A stretch of 64,000 nucleotides of DNA from Candidatus Ozemobacteraceae bacterium (GTDB lineage: Bacteria; Muiribacteriota; Ozemobacteria; Ozemobacterales; Ozemobacteraceae). A program made the position numbers and the translations under genes. Positions 29,537 through 40,192 of this stretch are shown here, one piece after another. The notes under the pieces were generated by a model. It worked only from the letters and a program-made list of their open reading frames with translations. It had not been told where the DNA came from and searched no databases. Each line of letters starts with the position of its first letter. The stretch's first letter is position 1. Location of the stretch: the NCBI GenBank assembly GCA_965140445.1, contig OZ223236.1:2752001-2816000 (forward strand). Reading direction: 5' to 3'.

Positions 29537-32443
29537 TCAATTCCTTTTTAGAATAATTAGTGATATATCGTCTTCTGCTGGTAATCCGTCAGTAGCTTCA
29601 TCAAACAGATCAAAGAGCTTACTAATGCTTTCTTGAGTAGATAAATTTGAAACGCCCTTAAACCATGACATAGCATTGTCAAATCCAAGCACTTCTCCAG
29701 CTCTATTAGTGGCTTCAATCAAGCCGTCCGTGTACATTAAAATACAATCTCCATGTTCCATTGAAATTTTCTGCGATTTGTATTTAGATTTTGCTCTGAT
29801 CCCCAAAGGGAATGAATCCATTTCGATTGAATCCACAGTATCTGAATTTTTATGATACCAGAGAGGGTAATTGTGACCAGCATTTGAATATTCGAGTTCG
29901 TTATTTTCAAGATTCACGCAGTAGAAAAATAAAGTCATCATTTTCTTTCTTTTAATGTTTGAAAGAAGAAACTTGTTAAAGGACATAAGAGTATCGACCA
30001 GATCAATATTGCCGCTGGTAGAACTTGCAAAAGCATGTTTGGCCATTCCCATAATTAGAGCTGCACTTACACCATGACCTGAAACATCACCTACCAGACC
30101 AAACAAGAGGTTCCCATCCTGCAGGAAGTAGTCAAAGTAATCGCCACCAATATCAGTCATTGCTCTACTTTGTCCATATACTTCATAATCACCTGCAATT
30201 AATGGTTCAGGTGGAAACAGGCTTCCCTGAACGATACTGGCAACTTGAAGGTCTTTCATCCCTTCTAATACGCTATTCATTAGTTCGGAAAGTTCACCAA
30301 GTTCATCTTTTGAATGGATCGGGATTTTTAGGTCAAAGTTACGCTTTTCAATCGCTTTAACGCCGGCTGTAATATCCTCAATCGGTTTAAGAAATTGATT
30401 TGAAAGCATGAGTCCAATGTAACCGGAAGTTAGAAAGATCATTGTGGCAAGACCGATTAGATACCACCATTGCCGGGAAATCTCTACTTTAAGTGGACCC
30501 ATAGTAGTTCTGGCAATCAAAATGAAGTCGCTTAAAAAGGCTCCGGGTTTTGCATACCATAGTATTTCTTCGGTACCAGAGCTTACAATTTCTTTTAAAG
30601 ATGAGTTTCGACTAACGCACTTATCTCTTATATTTCTCAGAGTTTCCTCGTTTTCAGGAGTAGTTAGAACTTTTCCTGAAATACGGTTAATTCCGTAGGC
30701 ATTTACAGTCCAATCAATGTCTGGCTGCTTTTGAAGTTCTTTTAGTTTTTTGTTCAAAAAGTGTCTTTCTATTCTGGCTCGGTTTAAAACAAATAGGGTT
30801 ATGTATTTAGCTTTGCCGTCCGGGCCATTAACTACATCGGTAAAAAGATATGAGCCTTCATCTGAAAAGGATAGAACCACAAATGTGCCAAGATCTCTTA
30901 CCAGCATATCAAAATCAAAGCTGCTACTACCCATCATTGAAGCGACAAAATCCTCTGTTGCTTCCATCATCAAGGTTCCTGAATCAACTTTTGTTGACTT
31001 GGAAAGTCTTGCTAGTAACTCCCGCGCTACCAAAAGTACTATTTTTCTATTTTCAAGATAGGCTTTGGATTGAGATTTAACAATTGAAAAAACGGGTTCG
31101 CCTTTAGCATTAACAAGAAGGCCATGCATTATAAGACTCTTTTTTTCATTAGCCCGGAAAAATGCTTTTTCCATTAATACCGGATCTTTCTCTCGTTCAG
31201 TTTCAGCAGTAATTTTTCTGAAATAAGCCTCAAATTGACCAAGATCTTCTGGGAATCTTTCATCAAAATTGGTAAGTTTGCTAACAATTTTTTTCTCAAG
31301 ATTTTGCTGTAAAACTATGGCTCGGTCTTTTAAGGAATAATACCCCCCAACCATTAGGACTAATGATGGGGTACCTATTGCAAATAAAAATAGAAGAACC
31401 AGCCTGGCAGTAATTTTCCCGGAAATTTGTTTGTTGGTTGTTGGAAGATTCTTCAGAACAAGAAGAAGCCACAAAATAGAAATCAGATGTAGTAAGGATT
31501 TAGTGGTGGTGCTGAAAAAAATGGGTTTGGGCGCAATAGTGAAAATAAATTCGTGGGGGCTTCTTTTTTGAAATAGGCCAAACTCCTGATTATTTGAAAA
31601 ACCTTTCTTAAACTCAGAAGATGCTTTTATCAGCTCTGGTCTAAGGGATTGGTTGCTTCCTGGTATAATGGGGATGACATCTTTTTCAGGTTCCAAAAGG
31701 TTAATATAACCTGCGGAAAGGGAATTAAATCTTTTGTTAACCCATTTTAGGCTATTTTCCAGAGCGTGATTTTCGTGAAAACTCTCAGGATGAAGTAAAG
31801 CAAAGTAACCTGCAGGGGAAACATTATTTTCTGGTTTATCCTCTTCTCTTTCCCAGGTCAGGTAGGAGTCTCTTTTTCTATTACCTAATTTTATAACTTT
31901 TCCACGGGCTTTTAGGGTTCGGGGAAGCTCTTCAAGACCAATAATTGATTTTAATATGCCGGTTTTCCCGCTTGAGAACTTCTTTCCTTTGGAAAAATTA
32001 TAAATGGCCTCCAAAGCAAATTCTATTGCTCTGGATGGATGGCGTTTTGAGCTGAGATTCTTAATCAGTCTGTATTTATGATCAAATATGTATAAATCAA
32101 AATATCCTGGATATGATTTATTGAGATTTTTAACTAATTGGGTCTGCTGTGCAATGGACCTGGTTTTTTGAAGCTGGCGGAAAATCTTTACAATTGAACG
32201 ACCAACCATTTTTTCAACATTGTCTGCAATCTTTATTTTATCTAAGAGAATTTGATGTTGTAACTGGGAATGGGCAATCGTTTTTTCTATTTCCAGCTTA
32301 TCTATTTGATGAAGCGAAATTTGTAAAACGATTATAGGAAAAGCAGCAAAAATTAGAAGAAAAAAAACTCCCTGAATAACTCTTTTTATTGATTCAGGTG
32401 AAAATGATCTAACCCTATTCTGTTCTGTTGACGATTCCTGCAT
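29537..32443 (-). CDS. Membrane sensor with HAMP and SpoIIE/PP2C phosphatase domains
   Basis: Several TMs. HAMP (KPIEDI...DELGEL), then IGGDYFD, GDVSGHG, NAGH, YTDGLIEA, EDDISL. Confidence 0.9.
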   Translation of the reverse strand: MQESSTEQNRVRSFSPESIKRVIQGVFFLLIFAAFPIIVLQISLHQIDKLEIEKTIAHSQLQHQILLDKIKIADNVEKMVGRSIVKIFRQLQKTRSIAQQTQLVKNLNKSYPGYFDLYIFDHKYRLIKNLSSKRHPSRAIEFALEAIYNFSKGKKFSSGKTGILKSIIGLEELPRTLKARGKVIKLGNRKRDSYLTWEREEDKPENNVSPAGYFALLHPESFHENHALENSLKWVNKRFNSLSAGYINLLEPEKDVIPIIPGSNQSLRPELIKASSEFKKGFSNNQEFGLFQKRSPHEFIFTIAPKPIFFSTTTKSLLHLISILWLLLVLKNLPTTNKQISGKITARLVLLFLFAIGTPSLVLMVGGYYSLKDRAIVLQQNLEKKIVSKLTNFDERFPEDLGQFEAYFRKITAETEREKDPVLMEKAFFRANEKKSLIMHGLLVNAKGEPVFSIVKSQSKAYLENRKIVLLVARELLARLSKSTKVDSGTLMMEATEDFVASMMGSSSFDFDMLVRDLGTFVVLSFSDEGSYLFTDVVNGPDGKAKYITLFVLNRARIERHFLNKKLKELQKQPDIDWTVNAYGINRISGKVLTTPENEETLRNIRDKCVSRNSSLKEIVSSGTEEILWYAKPGAFLSDFILIARTTMGPLKVEISRQWWYLIGLATMIFLTSGYIGLMLSNQFLKPIEDITAGVKAIEKRNFDLKIPIHSKDELGELSELMNSVLEGMKDLQVASIVQGSLFPPEPLIAGDYEVYGQSRAMTDIGGDYFDYFLQDGNLLFGLVGDVSGHGVSAALIMGMAKHAFASSTSGNIDLVDTLMSFNKFLLSNIKRKKMMTLFFYCVNLENNELEYSNAGHNYPLWYHKNSDTVDSIEMDSFPLGIRAKSKYKSQKISMEHGDCILMYTDGLIEATNRAGEVLGFDNAMSWFKGVSNLSTQESISKLFDLFDEATDGLPAEDDISLIILKRN

Positions 32444-32503
32444 TTCCGACTTATGATACCATAAGCTTTAGCAAGTTGAAACTTAGGAAGGCCGTATCTT
32501 TAT

Positions 32504-34306
32504 ATGCGTAATAAAATTCTGTTAACTTATTTTGCAATTTTTATAATTTTTGGTATCTATCCCACTTACGCTGAAGGTTTAAATAACACCTGGAAAGACC
32601 AGATTCTTTACTTCGTTTTAACTGATCGTTTTATGAACGGAACTACAGAAAACGATGTGGCAACAGACTTAAATGATCCTTATGCCTTTCACGGTGGAGA
32701 TTTCATTGGAATTCAGAAAAAGATTAAATACCTTAAAGAACTTGGTATAACAGGATTATGGATTAGCCCGGTTTTTCAAAACAGGCCTGATAAATTTTTT
32801 AAGCACTTTGCATATCATGGATACTGGGTTTGGGATTTCTGGCAGACTGACCCAAGATTTGGAACTATGGGAGAGTTAAAGGCCTTAAGAGAAGAGTTAA
32901 AGAAGAATAATATAAAATGTTTGCTTGATATGGTTGTTAATCACATGGATTACAATGCTCCATTTGTTAATCAGTATAAAGATTGGTTTCATAACACCCC
33001 GGAAATATCTGACTGGAACAACCAAAAAGAACTGGAAGATCATAAAATCTTTGGTTTGCCAGATTTTGCCTCTGAAAAACCAGTTGTTAAAACATTTTTT
33101 GAATTGGTGCAAAACTACTGGATTGATCAACTTAGTCCTGATGGTTTTCGTTTGGATGCGGTAAAGCACGTGCCAATATCTTTCTGGAGTGATTTAAATA
33201 CTAAAGCAGTTGTTAAGGCGGGAGATAATTTTATGCGCCTTGGTGAGCTGCTGGATGGAAATCCAATGAAAATTGCAAAATACTGGAAAGAAGGGAACTT
33301 TGGAACCCTTTTTGATTACCCACTTTATTACACATTTAAATCGGTATTTGCTGAAGGGGCAAGTTGTAGATTACTGGGCGGCAGGTTTTACTCGGATAAG
33401 CTATATAAAGACCCGGGCCTCTTAGCAACCTTCCTTGATAATCATGATTTGGATCGTTTTATTAGCAGTTGCAATGGAAACTTACAGAATTATAGATTGG
33501 CGCTGGCAACCTTATTAACTGTCAGAGGAATTCCGACTTTGTGTTATGGGGATGAATCTGCCTTAGCTGGGAAACACGAACCTGCTCCAATGAACAGGCG
33601 TGATATGGAGTTTGATGTCGAGTCAGAGGATTTTAAGTATCTGGCTTCGTTGATTAAGCTGCGAAAAGATAACATAGCTTTGCGACAAGGGATTCAGTGC
33701 CACTTGTATATGGATGATGAGTCATACGCCTTTGCAAGGCTGACCCCAGACCAGATTGCTGTGGTTTTGATAAATAATTCGGATCAACACAAGACAATGG
33801 ATTTTGAGTTTCCATTCGCTTTACCAAAGATGGTTTTTAAGGATAAGTTTTCTGATAATAAAGTGATATACAGGGACTCAAGGTTGCACACCACCCTTAA
33901 ACCAAAATCTTTCGCGGTTTTTATTCCTGAAGTAAAAGAGGGATTTTATCAGGCAGCTTTTGAGCATTGGTCAGATAGATTTTTTCATGAGAATGACTGG
34001 GGATTTAAGAAAGTTGTTTTTAAACTACGAGCCGAGGGGCTTCCAGAGGATGGCAAAGTCTTTCTGATTGGTAGTCTACCGCAGCTGGGAGAATGGAACT
34101 CTAGCGGAAAATTGCATGCCTTCACAAAAATTGATGATGAAAATTTTGAACTGGAGATCAAGTTGCCTCTTGGAGCTATTTTTGAATGTAAATGCCTGGC
34201 AAAAACACCTGAAGGAATTGTGTGGCAGGAGGGGGATAACTTTATTGATCAGGTCAGAGAATCTGGAACAGAGTATTTCCACATCAAATGGGTCTGTAAA
34301 CAATAG
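32504..34306 (+). CDS. Secreted GH13 alpha-amylase-family enzyme with C-terminal CBM20
   Basis: Signal peptide, YFVLTDRF, YHGYW, DMVVNH, DGFRLDAVKH, GE, FLDNHD. C-terminal IGSLPQLGEWN...WQEGDN. Confidence 0.92.
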   Translation: MRNKILLTYFAIFIIFGIYPTYAEGLNNTWKDQILYFVLTDRFMNGTTENDVATDLNDPYAFHGGDFIGIQKKIKYLKELGITGLWISPVFQNRPDKFFKHFAYHGYWVWDFWQTDPRFGTMGELKALREELKKNNIKCLLDMVVNHMDYNAPFVNQYKDWFHNTPEISDWNNQKELEDHKIFGLPDFASEKPVVKTFFELVQNYWIDQLSPDGFRLDAVKHVPISFWSDLNTKAVVKAGDNFMRLGELLDGNPMKIAKYWKEGNFGTLFDYPLYYTFKSVFAEGASCRLLGGRFYSDKLYKDPGLLATFLDNHDLDRFISSCNGNLQNYRLALATLLTVRGIPTLCYGDESALAGKHEPAPMNRRDMEFDVESEDFKYLASLIKLRKDNIALRQGIQCHLYMDDESYAFARLTPDQIAVVLINNSDQHKTMDFEFPFALPKMVFKDKFSDNKVIYRDSRLHTTLKPKSFAVFIPEVKEGFYQAAFEHWSDRFFHENDWGFKKVVFKLRAEGLPEDGKVFLIGSLPQLGEWNSSGKLHAFTKIDDENFELEIKLPLGAIFECKCLAKTPEGIVWQEGDNFIDQVRESGTEYFHIKWVCKQ

Positions 34307-34332
34307 TTCTGTAATTGTTTTGATTCAATAAA

Positions 34333-34815
34333 CTATTTTTTCTGTTTAATAATTCCAACAAGATATGCGTCATAGCGTGGTGGATTTCTTCTACCAACTT
34401 TGGGTTCTATCTGGCATTTTCCAATTCCTATTTGAAGATTCATGAGATCATAGGGTTTAATTTTATTCAGTTGGTCGATATAAAGCTTTTCCCCAGCCCA
34501 ATCAACGATCAGATCAATTTCCTCAAGGTTACTTTTTAAATAATCTCTTCTCTCGGTGTAATCAACAGGAAAAGCCTGGGCTGCACGGTTTAAGTCCTTA
34601 AAATCAAGTATTTTTACCGTAATTCTAGTGACGACTTTTTGTTTCTGGATCTCTTTGCCAATAGCTGCATTTATTTTTTTTACCTGAAGAACCTTTACAT
34701 TTGCAGAAATTAACATTTCCTTATTGCTACCCCGTCTTATTTCAGCGAATGAAAAAGAAGAGATAAATACTGAAATTGTCAGGATTAAAAGCAGGTAAAT
34801 ATTTTTTGTTTTCAT
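34333..34815 (-). CDS. Hypothetical secreted protein
   Basis: Signal peptide (SFSFA|EI) and GAGG SD. Confidence 0.7.
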   Translation of the reverse strand: MKTKNIYLLLILTISVFISSFSFAEIRRGSNKEMLISANVKVLQVKKINAAIGKEIQKQKVVTRITVKILDFKDLNRAAQAFPVDYTERRDYLKSNLEEIDLIVDWAGEKLYIDQLNKIKPYDLMNLQIGIGKCQIEPKVGRRNPPRYDAYLVGIIKQKK

Positions 34816-35040
34816 GAAATTATCCTCAAACTTGATGTCTAATTGGCCAAAGTATAAGACGAAAACCTTCGCCTGTCCAATTTTGCTGTCAATAGTAATT
34901 TTAGGTGAATTTAACTCTTAAAATGAATATCAAATTTTCTTGCAGAAAAACGCTGAGATTGAGTAAACTAATATTGTATAACACGGCTGGTCTGCATCTA
35001 TTTTTGGGTTAAAACAAAGAAAACGTTAGGGGCAAATTTT

Positions 35041-36312
35041 ATGGCAATTTTTTCAGCATTAAGAACCGGTAAATTTCGCAAAATTGTAATGGTCTTGTGG
35101 GCTATGAGCTCTATGGCCTTATTCACACCTCTTAGCTCCTTTGCCGGTAAAATTAATCCCTGTATTCCTGAAAGTGCCTCAATAAGAGGATATTTCTTTG
35201 CTGACTTTGCCGGGTTACAGATTCTTATGCCAAAAGCCAGTTTTGGGAAAAATATCATTTTGCCATTGAATGACGATAGCGAGCTTGATGAAGCTACCAG
35301 AATCTTGAACAAAATGTTTCAAAATGATCCAGCAGTTATAAAAAAGCTGGCTGAGTTTGTGCCAGACTCTAGTTATGAAAAAGCACTGGTTGAGGCCTAC
35401 CCAAATTTAAAAATGTATTCTATTAATGGTTTGCTTCCGGAAATTGTTGCTAAAAGATTTAATCGAAAGTTAGATTTTGGCGGCCCGAATTGTTACTTTA
35501 CAGCTCTTTCAACAACTGCTGGTATTAGCATGGAAGAAGTGAGACATGTATCTTTGCCCGAGTTCACATCTCGTCTTGCAATGTTTTACACAGAGCTGCC
35601 AGGTGCAGAACCCCAAAAGGGAGACGTTTTATTTTTTAACTCCTCCGAGCATGGTGCAGTTTATTTGGGCGGAGATTGGGTTTTTCACAAAAAAGATTTA
35701 AACAAAGAATTTTACTTCAGGCTGGCAAAAAAGCTTGAAGTGTTTATGCCAGATCCAGGTGAATGGACTCCCGGACCAAATTATTGTGGCCCTTATTCTC
35801 GCCCACACAATACCAAAGTCAATAAAATTCAAGTTTTCAGACGAAATGAAGTGCCTTTAAGTGCATGGAGAGAGTCGGTTAAAGATTTGCCTGAATTTGA
35901 GATTTCGGAGCTATTAAAGAAAACAACAATGGAAGTTGGGCCCGCCTGGAAGATTGGCAAAACCATGGGATACTGGAGTGAACTGCTTTCCAATGAGATA
36001 ACCAAAGTTTTCTCTAAAACCCTCAAAGATTCTGTGGCTGGTCAGAATTTAATTGGCGAACTTGAAAGCACTAGAGATCAGATTTTCATCTGCATTGAGG
36101 ACAACTATTTTTCGAGTCCATACGCAAAGCCAGATGTTATTAAAGAGATTTGGTTTCATGACAACGAATACTCAAGAGAGCTTATAAAACTTATTCGAAA
36201 TTACTATGGCTTAAAAACTACTGCCGATGATATGAAAAGAATCTTAGCGGCTTTAAAAGCTATAGATGGTGAGCCTCGGGGAAAATCCATGCTGGCAATT
36301 ATTAGATCGTAA
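35041..36312 (+). CDS. Secreted protein with NlpC/P60-like (papain-fold) Cys-His motif
   Basis: Signal peptide. GGPNCYFTAL...PQKGDVLFF...EHGAVYLG..WVFHK. Confidence 0.55.
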   Translation: MAIFSALRTGKFRKIVMVLWAMSSMALFTPLSSFAGKINPCIPESASIRGYFFADFAGLQILMPKASFGKNIILPLNDDSELDEATRILNKMFQNDPAVIKKLAEFVPDSSYEKALVEAYPNLKMYSINGLLPEIVAKRFNRKLDFGGPNCYFTALSTTAGISMEEVRHVSLPEFTSRLAMFYTELPGAEPQKGDVLFFNSSEHGAVYLGGDWVFHKKDLNKEFYFRLAKKLEVFMPDPGEWTPGPNYCGPYSRPHNTKVNKIQVFRRNEVPLSAWRESVKDLPEFEISELLKKTTMEVGPAWKIGKTMGYWSELLSNEITKVFSKTLKDSVAGQNLIGELESTRDQIFICIEDNYFSSPYAKPDVIKEIWFHDNEYSRELIKLIRNYYGLKTTADDMKRILAALKAIDGEPRGKSMLAIIRS

Positions 36313-36315
36313 CTA

Positions 36316-37896
36316 CTATTTCAGCTTGCATAGACTGTTTTCTACAACTCGTATCCCATCGGTGGCTGCACTGGAAATTCCTCCGGCGTAACCGGCACCT
36401 TCTCCTATGGGAAAAAGATTGCGGATATTGGCAGATTCAAAGTTGGCTTTTCGAGTTATTCTTACCGGAGAAGTTGTTCTTGATTCAGCTGCGAGCAGTA
36501 TGCCCTGATCAGAAACAAAGAGTGGCTCTTCAGTTTTCCAATACCTAAAGGCGTTTTTAAGTTCTGTAATTACGAAGTTAGGAAAAATCTTACGCATGTC
36601 TGCCGGGAAAGTTCCTGTTTTGCAGGAGTTTTCTCTTAAATTCTCGGATGGCACATCTTCAAGGAAGTCTATCAAGTTTTGAGCTGGGACAGACCAATCA
36701 CCACCACCAGCTAAAAACGCAGCTCTTTCGATTTGTTCCTGAAATTCAATTCCGGCAAGTGGATGGTTTGTTGGGTAATCTTCGGTTTTGCATGTTACTA
36801 CTATTGCAGCATTTGAATATGGGCCGGATCTTGAAGAGTAACTCATTCCGTTTACAACCAGCATTCCATTTTGTGAAGAAGCATTAACGATCTCGCCACC
36901 AGGGCATTGGCAGAATGTATATACGCCCCTTCCTATTTCTCTGTTAGTAAAGTTGAAAGAATAAGTTGCCGCCTCTAACCCCGGGAAATTATGATATTTT
37001 GTTCCATATCTAATAAGATTTATTGTTGGAGCGGGATGCTCAAGTCTAACTCCTACTGAAATTGGTTTTTGTTCAAGCTGGACCCCTTTTTGATGCAGCA
37101 GTTTGAATGTTTCTCTTGCTGAGTGTCCTACCGCAAGATAAAGAACAGGAGTTTCAACTTCGTAGCTTTCATTTATAGTAATTGATTTTATACGGTTCTC
37201 TGAAATATCCAGATTAGTTAGTTTGGAACCAAAATTAATTTTTCCGCCGTTTTCAATAATGAAATTCCGGATATTTTTTATAACCTTACAAAGAACGTCT
37301 GTTCCTAGATGAGGCTTGCTTATATAGATGATTTTTGGGGGAGCGCCAAATTTAACAAAGGTTTCCAATACCTTTTGAACATGTGGTGTGTTGTTTTTTC
37401 TGGAGAAAAGCTTTCCATCTGAATAAGAGCCCGCTCCGCCTTCGCCGAACTGAATGTTTGAATCTGGGTTTAACTCTTTACTTTTTATGAAATTTTGAAT
37501 GTCTTTTGCGCGATCTTCTATTTTTTGTCCGCGTTCAAAAATTATTGGTTTAATACCGTTTTCAAGGAGCTCAAGGGCGGTGAATATTCCTGCTGGTCCA
37601 AACCCGACTATTACTGGTCGAATGCTCGTTTTAACTGCAGTTAGAGCTTTGGAGTTTGCGGTTTCATTGTATTTAACGAAGCCTTTCGGAACAGAAAAAC
37701 TATCAGGAGCTGAGACTACCAATGAAACCTCGTAGTAAAATTGCTCTTTATTTTTGGGTATAAAGATTTTGTTTAAAATTTTAAAAATTTTAAGTTGGTC
37801 TGGAGATGTTTTTAAGGAGTTAGCAGCATATTTGAGGTAGCTTTGCGGACAATCCTCCTCTATGGGAATCATCAAATTATTGACAACAAGATTCAA
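36316..37896 (-). CDS. Uncharacterised FAD-dependent oxidoreductase
   Basis: IVGFGPAG, FGEGGAGSYSDGKL, KPHLGTD, TFCQCPGG, GEGAGYAGGISSAA. Confidence 0.9.
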   Translation of the reverse strand: MNLVVNNLMIPIEEDCPQSYLKYAANSLKTSPDQLKIFKILNKIFIPKNKEQFYYEVSLVVSAPDSFSVPKGFVKYNETANSKALTAVKTSIRPVIVGFGPAGIFTALELLENGIKPIIFERGQKIEDRAKDIQNFIKSKELNPDSNIQFGEGGAGSYSDGKLFSRKNNTPHVQKVLETFVKFGAPPKIIYISKPHLGTDVLCKVIKNIRNFIIENGGKINFGSKLTNLDISENRIKSITINESYEVETPVLYLAVGHSARETFKLLHQKGVQLEQKPISVGVRLEHPAPTINLIRYGTKYHNFPGLEAATYSFNFTNREIGRGVYTFCQCPGGEIVNASSQNGMLVVNGMSYSSRSGPYSNAAIVVTCKTEDYPTNHPLAGIEFQEQIERAAFLAGGGDWSVPAQNLIDFLEDVPSENLRENSCKTGTFPADMRKIFPNFVITELKNAFRYWKTEEPLFVSDQGILLAAESRTTSPVRITRKANFESANIRNLFPIGEGAGYAGGISSAATDGIRVVENSLCKLK

Positions 37897-38791
37897 TTTT
37901 TTTCTCCCAGCTAGAATCTAAAGAATAGTTTGAATCAAAAACTAATGGCTTGTTAGAAACAGGATCAATAAAGGAAAGATGCCTGGCAACCAGTTGAAGA
38001 GGTTTATTGAAAATATCGGGGCTTTTGGGTTGAAGGGTTGGATAATACTTGTCATTTAAAATCTGAAATCCTAATCCACTTATATGAATTCGTAGTTGAT
38101 GGGTTTTGCCGGTAACGGGGTGCAATTTGAAAAGTCCAACATCATCTTGAATGCTTATTAACTTAATTTCTGATCGGGAATTAATTTCACCTTCTGTAAC
38201 TCTCATCCTGAACCATGGTTGTCCTTTAACAAGCCGATTTTCAACAGTCCATTCATGTTTGGAAGGTGGTTCTTTTATTCTAGAAAGCGCGAAGTAGGTT
38301 TTTTTCATTTTACCGAACTTAAATAGTTCGTGGTACAGAGAGCTGGTTTCGGGATTGGTCGAGAATAAAACTATCCCTGCAGTTTCACGATCTATTCTGT
38401 GAATAGGAGCAAGCTCGTGAATCCCGGTTTTTTTTCGGATGCGGTTCAATAAGCACTCATTGACGTATGGACCACCAGGAGTAACAGGCAGAAAGTGAGG
38501 CTTGTCAGCTACCAGAATGTCTTTGTTTTGATAAATTATGCGTTCTTCAAAAGGAATGTCTGGTTCCTGCTCCACTTCGCGAAAGTATCTAAGCCTTTTT
38601 AAGGGCTCATAAGGAGTAGAAAGGCTAATTGGTTCCTCATTGTCATCTAAAACCTTGCCAGACAGGATTCTCTTTTCCCATATTTCAATAGAAATTGTTG
38701 GAAAGCGGCCGGCAAGAAAATTCAATATTGAAGGGTAGGGCTTGTCGCATAAGGGTAGTGCAACAATAGAGCAATAACGACTTAAACCCAT
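37877..38791 (-). CDS. RluA-family pseudouridine synthase
   Basis: ADKPHFLPVTP, HRIDRETAG, TGKTHQLRIH. Confidence 0.92.
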   Translation of the reverse strand: MGLSRYCSIVALPLCDKPYPSILNFLAGRFPTISIEIWEKRILSGKVLDDNEEPISLSTPYEPLKRLRYFREVEQEPDIPFEERIIYQNKDILVADKPHFLPVTPGGPYVNECLLNRIRKKTGIHELAPIHRIDRETAGIVLFSTNPETSSLYHELFKFGKMKKTYFALSRIKEPPSKHEWTVENRLVKGQPWFRMRVTEGEINSRSEIKLISIQDDVGLFKLHPVTGKTHQLRIHISGLGFQILNDKYYPTLQPKSPDIFNKPLQLVARHLSFIDPVSNKPLVFDSNYSLDSSWEKKIESCCQ

Positions 38792-39103
38792 CTAATTTTT
38801 CCTTCCCTTTCAGGAAACTTTTCATTTAATCCGTGTGTCTAAATCCGACACTGGTAAGCAATAGAGCTAAAGAATAGCAGAAATCAGGCAAAAAAAGAAG
38901 TTTGGTGCATAGCTAGTTTATAATCCAGATTTTGAAAGCTCAAATTAGAGTAAGTGAATGTTTTATAACAACTGTTTTAATGGCTTAAAGCCGCGCCAAA
39001 GACAATAACCCCTTATTGTTTATTGTATAAAGCTTAAAAAAAGTTAAAAACTTTTTCCCGTATTAAGGGTAATATGAGAAAGAATAAAAAACAGGAGATT
39101 TAA

Positions 39104-40171
39104 ATGAAAAGGGCTAAAACTTTTATAGCTGTTTCTTTATTGGGAATTGTTTTGCAAGCGTCTCCCAGTGTTTATGCTGAGACCCCGTTTACGGAAAATC
39201 AGCTTAATATACTGAATTCGGTATCGACGCCTAACAGTGGCTCGGCAGAAGTCGCAACGGTTGATAACCCTGTAAAAGGTAAAGTTCAGGTTAGCGGATC
39301 AACTCTAAATGTCAGAACTAGTCCATGGGGAACAATTATCGGTAATCTTGGGGACAATGCAAATATTAGCATTATAGGTGAAAAGGATGATTTTTACATT
39401 ATCACTTATAAGGGTAAAAAAGCTTATATTCACAAAAATTATGTTTCCACACCGACCAGGCCAGCCACTCAGGTAGCTCCAACTCAGCCTGTGGCAACTG
39501 GTGAGAGTGTCGGCACAGTAAAGGTTTCCACCAGCTTGAATGTTAGAACCGGGCCATGGAAATCAATTATCGGAAGCTTAAAAAATGGTAACAAAGTTAA
39601 AATAATTGGGAAAACTGGAGATTGGTATAAAATTACATATAACGGCCAATCTGCCTATGTCCACTCAAATTATATAGATACAAATTCAAAACCTGCAGGA
39701 TCTACTCCTGTTAATTCTTCCCCGGCAACAAATTCATTGGCGGCAAAATCATCATCTGGTGGAGGGTTGTCTATTTCTCCGTGCTCACCTATGCCAGGCA
39801 GAGTTAGCTCAGAATATGGTTGGAGAATACATCCAACAAAGGGAACACGAAGTTTTCATAATGGTATCGATTTACCAGTTCCCACCGGGACTCGTTTGAA
39901 TGCCTTAGGCAATGGAACTGTAATAGCAGCAGGTTATGAATCTGGTGGTGGAAGATACGTCAGAGTCAGATATGATAATGGCTATGAATCATTTTACTGT
40001 CATTTGAAGAGCTATTCGGTAAAGAAAGGGCAAAGGGTTGGGGCAGGTAGCGAAATCGCAAGATCAGATAATACTGGAACATATACAACAGGTGCTCATC
40101 TGCACATGGAAATCCGGAAAAATGGGGCTTTAATTAACCCAAGAACTACCGGAATCCGTTTCCCTAAATAG
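39104..40171 (+). CDS. Secreted peptidoglycan endopeptidase, 2x SH3b + M23
   Basis: Two LNVRT.PW..IIG.L...Y.ITY.G..AY.H.NY repeats. M23 motifs HNGID, YCHL, HLH. Confidence 0.92.
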   Translation: MKRAKTFIAVSLLGIVLQASPSVYAETPFTENQLNILNSVSTPNSGSAEVATVDNPVKGKVQVSGSTLNVRTSPWGTIIGNLGDNANISIIGEKDDFYIITYKGKKAYIHKNYVSTPTRPATQVAPTQPVATGESVGTVKVSTSLNVRTGPWKSIIGSLKNGNKVKIIGKTGDWYKITYNGQSAYVHSNYIDTNSKPAGSTPVNSSPATNSLAAKSSSGGGLSISPCSPMPGRVSSEYGWRIHPTKGTRSFHNGIDLPVPTGTRLNALGNGTVIAAGYESGGGRYVRVRYDNGYESFYCHLKSYSVKKGQRVGAGSEIARSDNTGTYTTGAHLHMEIRKNGALINPRTTGIRFPK

Positions 40172-40192
40172 TGAATGTGCAGGAGAAATAAC

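Noticed and set aside
38792..39103. c-di-AMP (ydaO) riboswitch upstream of the M23 hydrolase
   Set aside because: No GCTGAATC-type conserved elements; region is AT-rich promoter-like DNA
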